A DNA stretch of 64,000 bases, taken from IMG/VR virus record IMGVR_UViG_3300021376_000006; one strand, written 5' to 3'. This document shows positions 26,408-35,399 of the stretch, one piece after another. The stretch is from a virus. Its lineage: Duplodnaviria > Caudoviricetes. Position numbers and translations under genes: made by a program. The notes beneath the pieces are model-generated. The model ran no database searches. It was not told the origin of the DNA and saw nothing but the letters and a program-made list of their open reading frames with translations. Each line of letters starts with the position of its first letter. Within the stretch, counting starts at the first letter, position 1.

Positions 26408-27952
26408 TTATTCCTCCAAATGAGTTTGCATAATTGTTTCTGCTTCGTCCTCAGACATTTCGTCTTCAACTTCTTCTACTGTTTCAAAAAGTGCATTAAA
26501 CATGGTATGACTGTTCTTTGTTTTTTTGCCTTTGAATCCTCTTGTGCCAACGATGTCCATCCAATAACTATCGTAGCGTTCAACAATTGCTTCGGCACTT
26601 GCACGATCAGGTGCAGAGAAAACAGCTTCAACAATGTCTCTGAATCTAGCATGGTCACCATTGACATTCCACAGCATGCTAGGTCGTTCTCCTGCATCAT
26701 ACGCTCTATTCGCTCGCTGAACTGATTCAATATGCATCCAAACATTGTGCCCCATCATTAATGCGTAACTAAAACTATCCCAACTGGTTCGACCTTCCTT
26801 GCCATTTTTATTCAGGTCACCGGGTTGATATATACAAACATCTTTAATTAGCAAATGTTTACTTATTGGACTGTCCTCAAATTGTTCAAAGATACCATCT
26901 TGTAATACCGCATCTCGAAACAGTCTAGTGTCTGTGGCGTATTTCTTGTCATCGGCACTGGGCTTCATTTTGTACGACCATTTACTATCGTGTTCAAGAC
27001 TAATGGCATGATACATCTGTCCATTGGCAGTAGCAAGAAACGGACTGGCGCAATCAAAACTGATTGTAAATGCTGGATTGACATACTTACGAACGGCTCG
27101 TTGAATGTCAGTTAGTAACAACGCCCATTCTAGTTTACTTGTTCCTAGAAAGTGCATCCAATCATGTACACCTTCTTGCAGTAGATTATCATATCTCAAT
27201 GCAACTAATCTTTTAAGAACAAGATGAATATCACACATGTTCTGACCGCCCATAGCCCAGCCATCAAAATGTGTATCTGGATATATGGTAGGATCGCAGA
27301 ACTGTTTCATTTCTTGATACCATTCTTCTGCCGAAGTATGATTGTCACCTTGAAGAACGTTTAGGAACTTAGCACCACCGTTGTTCTTTCCTTGACGGTG
27401 TTGCATAAAGTAATTGTTGTTAAACTTGGTAGCATCAACTGCTTCTTGGAGAGTAGTAATGCCGCAGGCCTTGCTTGCTTTCTTGTCATGGATAACCCAA
27501 GTTGGAATATCAAGAATCATACCATAGTCAGCAATACCGTCTAGCCATTTTAACACAGCCGAACGTTTCTTTTCAGCTTTTGAACACCCGCTATTGGCTT
27601 TCCAATCACCTTCCCACAAGCCCTTGGCAATCTGAAATCCGCCGGAGTCACCTAACATAAAGGTTCCAGGTTCTCTCTTGCGAACCATGTCTTCACTGGC
27701 ATCCTCTTTAGTAAGATCTAGGTTTGCGTGTCCTCCGGAGTAGAGATTCCATCTGTAGGGGAACAGGGCTTGTTGGCTGTTCAGCCAATTGAATTGCTCC
27801 ATGTCCTGTAATGCCTGTGGCATACGAGCAGGATCAACATAGTCATTGTTAACACGTTGTTTTCCTATAAAAGTTGCATAGAATCCAGATATAGCAGGCA
27901 AGAACACTGCATAATCTGATTGCTTTGCTGTTAAATTATCTTGGTTCGTCAT
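26408..27952 (-). CDS. Guanine transglycosylase (TGT/DpdA-like)
   Basis: DSGGFQ, LDIP, NVLQG, GWAMGG, HFLGTS, SFDCASP; located with folE/queD/queE. Confidence 0.8.
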   Translation of the reverse strand: MTNQDNLTAKQSDYAVFLPAISGFYATFIGKQRVNNDYVDPARMPQALQDMEQFNWLNSQQALFPYRWNLYSGGHANLDLTKEDASEDMVRKREPGTFMLGDSGGFQIAKGLWEGDWKANSGCSKAEKKRSAVLKWLDGIADYGMILDIPTWVIHDKKASKACGITTLQEAVDATKFNNNYFMQHRQGKNNGGAKFLNVLQGDNHTSAEEWYQEMKQFCDPTIYPDTHFDGWAMGGQNMCDIHLVLKRLVALRYDNLLQEGVHDWMHFLGTSKLEWALLLTDIQRAVRKYVNPAFTISFDCASPFLATANGQMYHAISLEHDSKWSYKMKPSADDKKYATDTRLFRDAVLQDGIFEQFEDSPISKHLLIKDVCIYQPGDLNKNGKEGRTSWDSFSYALMMGHNVWMHIESVQRANRAYDAGERPSMLWNVNGDHARFRDIVEAVFSAPDRASAEAIVERYDSYWMDIVGTRGFKGKKTKNSHTMFNALFETVEEVEDEMSEDEAETIMQTHLEE

Positions 27953-28559
27953 AAAAATCAAGGTTACTTATAAATTTGTAGTCGTTGTGATATGTAATAA
28001 TAATTTTAGATTTTAATTTAGGATCGTTGTCGATACGTGATTTGATAAATTTTATAACCTGGGCGTTATCGTAATTTGATTCTGATCTGTTATCTTCAAT
28101 GTTATCAAGTGTATTTAGATCATAGCCCAAGTAATGATTTATTTGTTGCTTTAAATTTTTGTTAAATCTAAAATATACTGGATCGTAATTCAAAATTTGT
28201 TGTATATATTTTAACTGAAAGTCAGTATGATCATCAAACACGATTTGATCAAAGATTATTCTTTCGGCTAAATGGTTGTAATCAGAAACAAAGTGATCAC
28301 TGCCATAGCCTGATCCTAGCAGGCGTAAAGAAGCGTAAGTACCAAATCCACTCAGCCATCTTTCTACAGGATCTCTTATTACCACCAAGCAATTTTTAAT
28401 AGCAATTGGTTGATCAATGATATTCCAGTGTGACCAAGAATTGTATTTCAACAAATTAGTTAAATAGGTGCTTGCATTTTTTGGAATATTGAGATAAAAT
28501 ATTTCCCGGTCAGGGGACAACATACCTCCGCCGGGAACATATCCTGTGTCTTTGATCAC
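27936..28559 (-). CDS. Sulfotransferase family protein
   Basis: IPKNAST (5'-PSB) and IRDPVERWLS (3'-PB) motifs. Confidence 0.75.
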   Translation of the reverse strand: MIKDTGYVPGGGMLSPDREIFYLNIPKNASTYLTNLLKYNSWSHWNIIDQPIAIKNCLVVIRDPVERWLSGFGTYASLRLLGSGYGSDHFVSDYNHLAERIIFDQIVFDDHTDFQLKYIQQILNYDPVYFRFNKNLKQQINHYLGYDLNTLDNIEDNRSESNYDNAQVIKFIKSRIDNDPKLKSKIIITYHNDYKFISNLDFYDEPR

Positions 28560-29282
28560 TTATTTTTGTTGAGCTGGTAGAATATAGTTGTATTCAGCAA
28601 TGCCACTGTCGACAGTGATCATGGCTGCACCTTCGTCACTGAACTTGATAGTTTTGTCGCCTGACAAAGATAGGATACTAATTACGGCACTCACTGGCCA
28701 AGACCATGCTTTGGTCAACGATCCTTGAACACTGTGTTGAAACACAAAGTTACCACTGTGGCTGCTGTGATCACCAAAGTAGAAAACCAAGTTGCTGTTA
28801 TCGACCTTGGCAATAAATGTTGTTTCTTCGCTGTTGGCTTGAGCCTGGAACTTCATGCGTTGAATAGCTGCCACAGTGGGTTCAATATCCACTCCCCACT
28901 TGACACCTTTAAATTTTACAGTCTTTAATTTGTCATTGACAATAGCTGCAAGCATAAAACGATAATCGTTTTTGAAATCACCCGCATTGTTTTCAAAATG
29001 TACTCCATTTGGAATTCCATCATCTTTTTTCGTGATTGTTAATTTCGCATCATCTCTATACTCAGGGATATTCAATATAGTGTTTAGTTTGGCCAAGTTA
29101 GGCATACCAAATGTGCCAATGAATTCAGGAACTGGATTATGAAATTGTGCCTGCACAATTACTGTGCGTTCTTCGCTGACTGCTTCGATAATGGTCTGGC
29201 CATCTGACCCTGTAATTTTAACCAGATCAATAATGCCTAAACTGTGAGTATGTTGTACGATATCTTGTAAATAATCTTTCAT
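28560..29282 (-). CDS. Putative DNA sliding clamp (gp45-like)
   Basis: 240 aa beta-rich two-domain protein near polB; clamp loader elsewhere in window; inferred from size and context. Confidence 0.55.
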   Translation of the reverse strand: MKDYLQDIVQHTHSLGIIDLVKITGSDGQTIIEAVSEERTVIVQAQFHNPVPEFIGTFGMPNLAKLNTILNIPEYRDDAKLTITKKDDGIPNGVHFENNAGDFKNDYRFMLAAIVNDKLKTVKFKGVKWGVDIEPTVAAIQRMKFQAQANSEETTFIAKVDNSNLVFYFGDHSSHSGNFVFQHSVQGSLTKAWSWPVSAVISILSLSGDKTIKFSDEGAAMITVDSGIAEYNYILPAQQK

Positions 29283-29305
29283 GTTGAATCTCCAATAATG
29301 TTAAA

Positions 29306-29334
29306 ATTTTACTATTGATTTTTGCTAATGTCAA
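29306..29334 (-). promoter_or_regulatory. Sigma70-type promoter
   Basis: TTGACA-N17-TAAAAT, GGAG RBS downstream. Confidence 0.75.
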
Positions 29335-30263
29335 TTGACAATCTGCTTTATTTCGGCCAAAGTTTGTCCAACTTTGATTGATTTGAGAATACCAGGTTTA
29401 TTTAATTCAATTATTGAGTAAGCTGGTTCGCAATTGTAAATAAATTTAGTTTCAAATCCGAGACTCTCAGCCAACGGTACCAAAATATTTTCTGGTACAT
29501 AAGTCATAAAATAATTTTCAGCATAAGCCGCAGCAGCTGGCAGGTCTGCATTATTGTAGGTAAAAATCATTGTGCCACCTGGTCTTAGCCATTCGAATGC
29601 CTGTAAAAGAAACTGCTTGATGCTGTCGACACTAAGATAATTAAAAAAATTATAACTAAAGATCAAACCAAATTGATTTTTTGGTAAATTGGCTATTTTA
29701 TAAAAATCTTTAATCAAGTACTTTCTGACTCTTCCTTGATACAGTTGAGGAAACTGTTGCACTGCACTTGTCAAAAATTCTGCAAATACATCGGCGATAT
29801 AAAGCGGGTCACTGGCCACGAGATATTTGGTCCATTCGCCATCTCTACAGCCAATTTCTAATGCTGGGTATTGCCAGTTACTATACAAATTGATTCGTTG
29901 AAGTAAAACTTGTTCAAATTCTTCGTCATTACGCAAATTTCTCATTTGCCTAATAGTGTCTGGATCAAGGTTTTTCAATTCAAATTGATAATTATCTGCA
30001 AAAAACTGCGTAGATAGTTGATTTATTTTTTGCTGAATATTGGTTAATATCTGTTGTAATTGATTTTGATCACGCTCTAAATAATTTTTAATTGATATGT
30101 GTTCTTCTGCAATACTGTTTATACTACTAGAAAGATCTTGATCGATATCTTCAGTCAATACAACAAGTCGCGAATAATTTTTTTCAAGCTCGTCAAACAA
30201 TGCTGAATATTGTAAAGCATTGGCCAGTTGATTTCTTAGTCTTACCAGTTCGTGCAATTTCAT
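29331..30263 (-). CDS. Coiled-coil + class I SAM-dependent methyltransferase
   Basis: ALEIGCRDG, FSYNFFNYL, LRPGG. Confidence 0.75.
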   Translation of the reverse strand: MKLHELVRLRNQLANALQYSALFDELEKNYSRLVVLTEDIDQDLSSSINSIAEEHISIKNYLERDQNQLQQILTNIQQKINQLSTQFFADNYQFELKNLDPDTIRQMRNLRNDEEFEQVLLQRINLYSNWQYPALEIGCRDGEWTKYLVASDPLYIADVFAEFLTSAVQQFPQLYQGRVRKYLIKDFYKIANLPKNQFGLIFSYNFFNYLSVDSIKQFLLQAFEWLRPGGTMIFTYNNADLPAAAAYAENYFMTYVPENILVPLAESLGFETKFIYNCEPAYSIIELNKPGILKSIKVGQTLAEIKQIVN

Positions 30264-30295
30264 TGAATAACATAAGTAATTTGTAACTGTACTAT

Positions 30296-32956
30296 TTATT
30301 CAAAGGTAAACAAGGTATCAAATGTTGTTTTGATATCAGTATAATTAGGTATATCCCATTCTAGTACTCCCAAGAGATTTTCTACCTTTTGATCCACAAT
30401 TGTGGCTTCCATAAGATTATCGTCAAATGGCAATTCTTTAAACCAAGCAGGAATATGACTTTCATCTGTGGGATAACCTACACTGGTGTATCCTAACGCA
30501 TTGTCTTTTAATTTGCAAACAATAGTTTTCATACCATCCACAATAGCCATGCTGTAATTGTCCCCGTGCATGCGCCGTAAGTTGTTCCAGTTAAGAGCAG
30601 CACGAACATGACCCGGCATATTGGCACGACCAAGTCGCTCTTCTTCTCGACCGTACTTGGTTAGATTATTGACACGTTTAGGTGTACCTTTTTCCCAAGC
30701 AGGTCTATCTTGGAACGCAATTTTGAATTCTCGTACACGGTCGTAGATTTCTTCCTTGTCTGCTCCAGTTAGTACCGCAGTCAACAGTTCACTCAAGAAG
30801 TCTTGTACAACCTTGGGAGTATCTGATCGTTTAAGATCAAGACCCATTGCTTTTACTTTACCGGGCTTGCCATGTGTGTCTAGTCTGTGCCCTTCTAGGT
30901 CATAGATAAGAACAGCATAGCGTTTTTTCTTTATGAATAGTCCCTTACTAGCGACAAGTTCTCGCCCCCCTCGTATTAGCTCACCCATTGGTCTTGGTAC
31001 ATGACAGGCCCTTTCCATAAAAGCCGGGAAGGAATCATTGACTTGATCTGCGATATTATCGTAAAGTTGGGCACAGATGTCTCGGTTCCATTCCATCCGA
31101 CCTGATTCAACTTCTTCTCTAACTGCAGGCCATGCTGTAAAATAGCATGAATCAGTGTCACCGTAGATGATGGATTTGCCCACATGGTTATATTCTCCGA
31201 ATATGCACTCATTGATATACGCATCCATGTGCCGCGCGATAATCCTTCCAGTGAGAGTAGTACTTTGACCAATTCTTTTATCGAAAAATCTACAACCTGG
31301 ATTGAGGATCGCTCCGTAGAGACTGTTAAGGTTAATTTTCTTGACAAGTTGTCGCTTGTCCCAGAACGCTTGGTCTTCTTTCGTATTAGCTTCTTTTTTC
31401 TTGGCTTGTAATTCCTTGCGTTCTGCATACCACCTCTCTAATAGTCCAGGCACAACTGCTTTTTGTTCATAACTGAATATAGTACCATTTGCACTTAGCA
31501 TCCATGGACGATTACTATCAAATATAAGTCTCCATATATCAGCTGCACTCATTATATCTGAACCGCCGGCTTCCCAATCAATGGTAATTTCTGTGCCAAC
31601 TTCTCCATTCATTACTGCGGTATACTCAAGACTGCCAAACATGTTTTCCCATGCATCTGCAAAACTACTGCCACCGGCCATTTTTTCTTGAATATACCTG
31701 TCGGTCATTATTGGCCGCAGCTGACCGACGATCGACTCTTGTGCCATGTTAAGAGCGCGGATTGCTGACGGGTAGAGACTGTTGATGTCGATTGCTCCGA
31801 TCCAGTCGTGCATGCCTTTTTTGGGGAAAGCAACATAGGCACCTGCTGCTTGCGTATCTCCTTGGTCATCTCTTCCTTTCCTATCAGGTACAACCATACC
31901 TCGTTGATGTGCTTCGTTGATAATTGCCTGCTCAGTCACTGCCACAGCACCCATGGTAGTTTGTAACAGCACGGTGTTATCATGTGCAAGTTCATTGGCT
32001 AGATCTAGGAATCGCAATTTGCGATCTAGATTGGCCACAAGCATGGTATCTTGTCGGTTGTAGTCAATGAACTTGGGAAAGTCTTTGTTGTATAGCTGAT
32101 CCAGTGTGCCTTCGTATTGTGTCTTACGCTCATCTAGTTCGTATTCACCAATGGCATCCAAGCTATAACTGTGTCGCTCTTCATATGTGTATTTGCGATA
32201 CAGTTGCATATAGTCCATATGCACTCGGCCAATTAAATCAAATGTGAGATTCTCTGCACCAAAACGTTCAAATGTTCGTTGTTTGGGTAGTTGATTCCAT
32301 AGGCAGAATCTGCGGGTATCGTCCTTGGCCAACACCTTGGTTGTACGCATGACCATGTAAGGAATATCGAAGCCCTCTGAGTTCCACCCACTCAAGATGT
32401 CTGCATCTTCGATGATATCAAGAAATGTATTAAGTAAATCTTCTTCTCGTTCAAATAAAAAACAGTTGTCGTATTGGTTGCATATTTCTTGTGCCGTAGC
32501 CCACGAATAACTCTTGGGCGGCACAACCAACGTAACTAGTTTGTCCATCCAGTCTAGATACACGCTAATTGCTGTAATTGGATTGAACGGATCTTCAGGT
32601 TTTGAGAAACCTCTCGCCGGGTCAAAGTCTACCTCAATGTCGAAAAAAACCGTTTGTAATTTAGGCGAATTGGCGCCAAGATAGTTTGTCTCTAAACAGC
32701 GAAATATGGGATTGATGTCACTTTCCCACAAAATTTTTCCTGAGTTGATTTTAAGTTCTTTATGATATTCTTTGCTGTTGCGAGTGCTGAATCTTGACAC
32801 CGCAGTGTGATATATGGTACGATACTTGCCCTTGGGATCATCATAGTAGAACACATATTCAGCGGGATATTCACGGTACTGTCGTTCGCCATTCACACGT
32901 TCTACCACACGAATGCGATCTTTGTCTCTGTCAAACAGAGCATCTATATAACTCAT
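30296..32956 (-). CDS. polB: Family B DNA polymerase with 3'-5' exonuclease
   Basis: FFDIEV (ExoI), WNSEGFD, YNRQD, DINSLYPS, KINLNSLYG, YGDTDS, KKRY; no intein-size insertion. Confidence 0.97.
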   Translation of the reverse strand: MSYIDALFDRDKDRIRVVERVNGERQYREYPAEYVFYYDDPKGKYRTIYHTAVSRFSTRNSKEYHKELKINSGKILWESDINPIFRCLETNYLGANSPKLQTVFFDIEVDFDPARGFSKPEDPFNPITAISVYLDWMDKLVTLVVPPKSYSWATAQEICNQYDNCFLFEREEDLLNTFLDIIEDADILSGWNSEGFDIPYMVMRTTKVLAKDDTRRFCLWNQLPKQRTFERFGAENLTFDLIGRVHMDYMQLYRKYTYEERHSYSLDAIGEYELDERKTQYEGTLDQLYNKDFPKFIDYNRQDTMLVANLDRKLRFLDLANELAHDNTVLLQTTMGAVAVTEQAIINEAHQRGMVVPDRKGRDDQGDTQAAGAYVAFPKKGMHDWIGAIDINSLYPSAIRALNMAQESIVGQLRPIMTDRYIQEKMAGGSSFADAWENMFGSLEYTAVMNGEVGTEITIDWEAGGSDIMSAADIWRLIFDSNRPWMLSANGTIFSYEQKAVVPGLLERWYAERKELQAKKKEANTKEDQAFWDKRQLVKKINLNSLYGAILNPGCRFFDKRIGQSTTLTGRIIARHMDAYINECIFGEYNHVGKSIIYGDTDSCYFTAWPAVREEVESGRMEWNRDICAQLYDNIADQVNDSFPAFMERACHVPRPMGELIRGGRELVASKGLFIKKKRYAVLIYDLEGHRLDTHGKPGKVKAMGLDLKRSDTPKVVQDFLSELLTAVLTGADKEEIYDRVREFKIAFQDRPAWEKGTPKRVNNLTKYGREEERLGRANMPGHVRAALNWNNLRRMHGDNYSMAIVDGMKTIVCKLKDNALGYTSVGYPTDESHIPAWFKELPFDDNLMEATIVDQKVENLLGVLEWDIPNYTDIKTTFDTLFTFE

Positions 32957-32967
32957 CTATTCTCCTT

Positions 32968-33021
32968 GTGTGACTTCTAGCTCACACTACTCTACATGCC
33001 GTTTTTGGTCCAGCGAGACCA
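32968..33021 (-). promoter_or_regulatory. Two-hairpin 5' leader of the polymerase gene
   Basis: UGGUC/GACCA stem and GUGUGA/UCACAC stem ending 1 nt before AAGGAG. Confidence 0.5.
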
Positions 33022-33027
33022 TGATAT

Positions 33028-33318
33028 TTATTGTGCAAGCATTCTTGCTAGTCCTACTGTGTCAATTGTGACCAGTAGTAGATAATTGGCCAACATACCA
33101 AAGGAACCACGACTATAAGCACACCCAGCGTATATAGCACAACCTGTAATCCAGACTGGATACAGGACAAGAAGGGGTGGATTAGGCACGGTGAGGGCCA
33201 TAGCGATAGCACAACCAATAGATAGAGCCCAAGCCAGGACCTCAAGACAAAAACGCAATCTATGACTCGCATAATCCTGCCGGATCCATTGTGAGATTTC
33301 ATATAATATGTGATTCAT
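33028..33318 (-). CDS. Small multi-pass membrane protein
   Basis: About three hydrophobic segments. Confidence 0.78.
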   Translation of the reverse strand: MNHILYEISQWIRQDYASHRLRFCLEVLAWALSIGCAIAMALTVPNPPLLVLYPVWITGCAIYAGCAYSRGSFGMLANYLLLVTIDTVGLARMLAQ

Positions 33319-33674
33319 TAGTCTGCATGCCTGGTTAAGTAATTGATTCTAATATTTTTTGCTCCAAAATATTCTTTCACACAGCGAACGACAATATCAG
33401 AATCAAATTCTTTACAACTAAAGACGTCAAAGTATGCAGAATGGTTTGTTTCAATAAAATGACCAGTGATGGTACTTGTGGTAATAAGTTGCATCAAACT
33501 GTAGCCTTGTTTGGGATCACCGGGTAAAAGATACTCTATCACCGGATCTCCGTGTGCTGTCATATCAATGCTCTTGACTAAATTGGTAACAAATGCGTGT
33601 ATATTTGCACGACTTTTTATACCATCGTTGCAGCCAGAACAATCAAGCATCAAATGATACCCAAAGTAAGTCAT
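33318..33674 (-). CDS. speD: Pyruvoyl-dependent S-adenosylmethionine decarboxylase (SpeD)-like proenzyme
   Basis: GYHLMLD, GYS, T-S cleavage site in ITTSTITGH, DVFSCKEF. Confidence 0.75.
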   Translation of the reverse strand: MTYFGYHLMLDCSGCNDGIKSRANIHAFVTNLVKSIDMTAHGDPVIEYLLPGDPKQGYSLMQLITTSTITGHFIETNHSAYFDVFSCKEFDSDIVVRCVKEYFGAKNIRINYLTRHAD

Positions 33675-33931
33675 AGTGTTTTACCTACAGTTTGCAGAAT
33701 GGTGTTGAGTTGTTCATTTTCTGCGTTTGTTTCGCCCAGCTTGCTTTTGTGTGCAATGCGAATCGCTTTCTTTAGCACACCAGGTTTAACTTCCAATTCT
33801 TCGGCAATGGCTTTAACGGTGTCGTTGAGTCCCTCTGTGAGATCCTCAACTTCTTGCATGATAGTCATGCCTTCATTTATCAATTGTGTAAGTTTGGCTT
33901 TTTGTTCTGAACTGAACATTCTTGAACTCAT
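33671..33931 (-). CDS. Hypothetical helical protein
   Basis: 86 aa ORF with AGGAG RBS. Confidence 0.8.
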   Translation of the reverse strand: MSSRMFSSEQKAKLTQLINEGMTIMQEVEDLTEGLNDTVKAIAEELEVKPGVLKKAIRIAHKSKLGETNAENEQLNTILQTVGKTL

Positions 33932-33957
33932 AATATCTCCTGTGTTGAGTTAAATAA

Positions 33958-33986
33958 ATTATAAACTTATACGTCAAAAATTGCAA
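33958..33986 (-). promoter_or_regulatory. Sigma70-type promoter
   Basis: TTGCAA-N17-TATAAT. Confidence 0.68.
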
Positions 33987-33992
33987 GCGATA

Positions 33993-34066
33993 TTTGCTCA
34001 CTTTCAACCTTGGGGCACGACTCCCGTGGTTGGCGCAGCAGCCGCGCACACCGGTCCTAAGGGTGT
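33993..34066 (-). ncRNA. Candidate structured non-coding RNA
   Basis: GC-rich intergenic island: CCUUAGG/CCCCAAGG closing stem, GCGC/GCGC hairpin with GGCUGCU loop, CACG/CGUG hairpin, possible loop pairing with downstream AGUGAGC. Confidence 0.5.
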
Positions 34067-34068
34067 TC

Positions 34069-34248
34069 TTATTTTTTTGGTTCGCATGTGCGAGTGCGTT
34101 GGATTGTACCATCCGCTTTGCGTTCTTCACGCCATTCTGTGCATACTTGAGTTTCTGTTCGTTCTGGTAACACTTTGTCCACAGTCCAGTTGGCTGCCAT
34201 CCAGCCCATTGCACTAAAAAATCCCCATACTAGTATTTCTGCCATCAT
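34069..34248 (-). CDS. 59 aa membrane-anchored protein
   Basis: Read manually: MMAEILVWGFFSAMGW...VCTEWREE...RTRTCEPKK; overlaps the upstream stop. Confidence 0.7.
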   Translation of the reverse strand: MMAEILVWGFFSAMGWMAANWTVDKVLPERTETQVCTEWREERKADGTIQRTRTCEPKK

Positions 34249-35399
34249 TTAGTTTGTAATAATAATTTAAGTCTTTGTTCTAGCTCTTCCCAATATACCA
34301 AATCTGCTGTTATTGGAGTGACCAATATAATTGAACTTGGAAGAAAATACGGAGTACACAATCCAGCATATTCGTAATCTTGTTTTGCCAATGATTTGTT
34401 TACTAAAAGCTCTTTAGCCAACCCGGTTCCTCGAAAACCAGTTACACCGTAATCTTTTAATTTATCAAATAAAATTTCATGTTGAATATTAATATTTTCG
34501 ACCAATTCAGAATTAAATTGTTCTAACACACAATTGGCTAAAGCTATACCAAGCATTTGCGGTTGCCAGGTATGACCGTACATGATTGAATTTTTTACAT
34601 TTGAATAAACTCTGTCATTCATCAAAGCACAACTAAGTGGAACCATGCCGCCTGTGATACTTTTTCCCATTATGTTGATATCAGGTTTTACGTTGTATTT
34701 TTGATAACTAAACGCAGGTCCTACTTTGCCAAATCCGCCCCACACATCATCTACTATCAATAATATATCTTTTTGGTCACACAACGTCCTAATTTTTTGC
34801 CACCAATTATTAGTCCATGGTCGTAAACCGTTTATCCACGGAATAGATTCCATGACAATAGTTCCTATAGAAATATCTGTATTGGTAATCTTTTCAATTA
34901 CACCAAGTAAATTAATTTCATCTTGAACTTGATCATTTGCAGGCGCTGGTAAAATTATATTGTAGTCTGACGACTTTTCTCCGCGTAGCATTCTTGCACG
35001 GTAAGTTGTACCATGATAACCAGGATAGAAGCTTATTGTCTTATTTTTTCTTGGATCAACATTTTTCCAATATTGGTCTGCAATTTCTAGTCCAGCTTCA
35101 ACACCATCACTGCCACTGACAGCATACAAAACTGCATTCATGCCACTTGTTTGCAAAAGTCGTTTGTTAACTTTTTCTACTAGATGATTTTTTTCACTTG
35201 ATCTACCGCGTAAAAACTGAACATCGCGCAATTGAGATTCAACAGCAGCAATTAAATTGGAATCGCTGTAGCCCCAAATGTATGCACTGTGTCCGCACAT
35301 TAGGTCTAAGTATTTTTTTGATTCTGTTTCGATCCAATAATCATAGGTTTTAGTAACAAAGCGGGTCGCTTCTTCGTTACAGTGTTCGACTATTTCCAT
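34245..35399 (-). CDS. Class III PLP aminotransferase (BioA/ArgD-like)
   Basis: YLDLMCG, SGSDGVE, YHGTT, LLIVDDVWGGFGKVG, PDINIMGKSITGG. Confidence 0.85.
   Translation of the reverse strand: MEIVEHCNEEATRFVTKTYDYWIETESKKYLDLMCGHSAYIWGYSDSNLIAAVESQLRDVQFLRGRSSEKNHLVEKVNKRLLQTSGMNAVLYAVSGSDGVEAGLEIADQYWKNVDPRKNKTISFYPGYHGTTYRARMLRGEKSSDYNIILPAPANDQVQDEINLLGVIEKITNTDISIGTIVMESIPWINGLRPWTNNWWQKIRTLCDQKDILLIVDDVWGGFGKVGPAFSYQKYNVKPDINIMGKSITGGMVPLSCALMNDRVYSNVKNSIMYGHTWQPQMLGIALANCVLEQFNSELVENINIQHEILFDKLKDYGVTGFRGTGLAKELLVNKSLAKQDYEYAGLCTPYFLPSSIILVTPITADLVYWEELEQRLKLLLQTK

Noticed and set aside
30296-32956. Intein or intron in the DNA polymerase
   Set aside because: Continuous 886-aa ORF with normally spaced motifs and no splice-junction or endonuclease motifs.
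33981-33989. TTGCAAGCG match to the SAM-II riboswitch core near speD
   Set aside because: Wrong strand for speD, the flanking pairing is absent, and TTGCAA is explained as the -35 box of a minus-strand promoter.
33993-34066. tRNA or tmRNA
   Set aside because: No cloverleaf, TTC loop or CCA end; no tRNA was recognised anywhere in the window.
33873-34214. 113-aa track ORF spanning the structured element
   Set aside because: Overlaps a better 59-aa ORF, a promoter and the next gene; no RBS.
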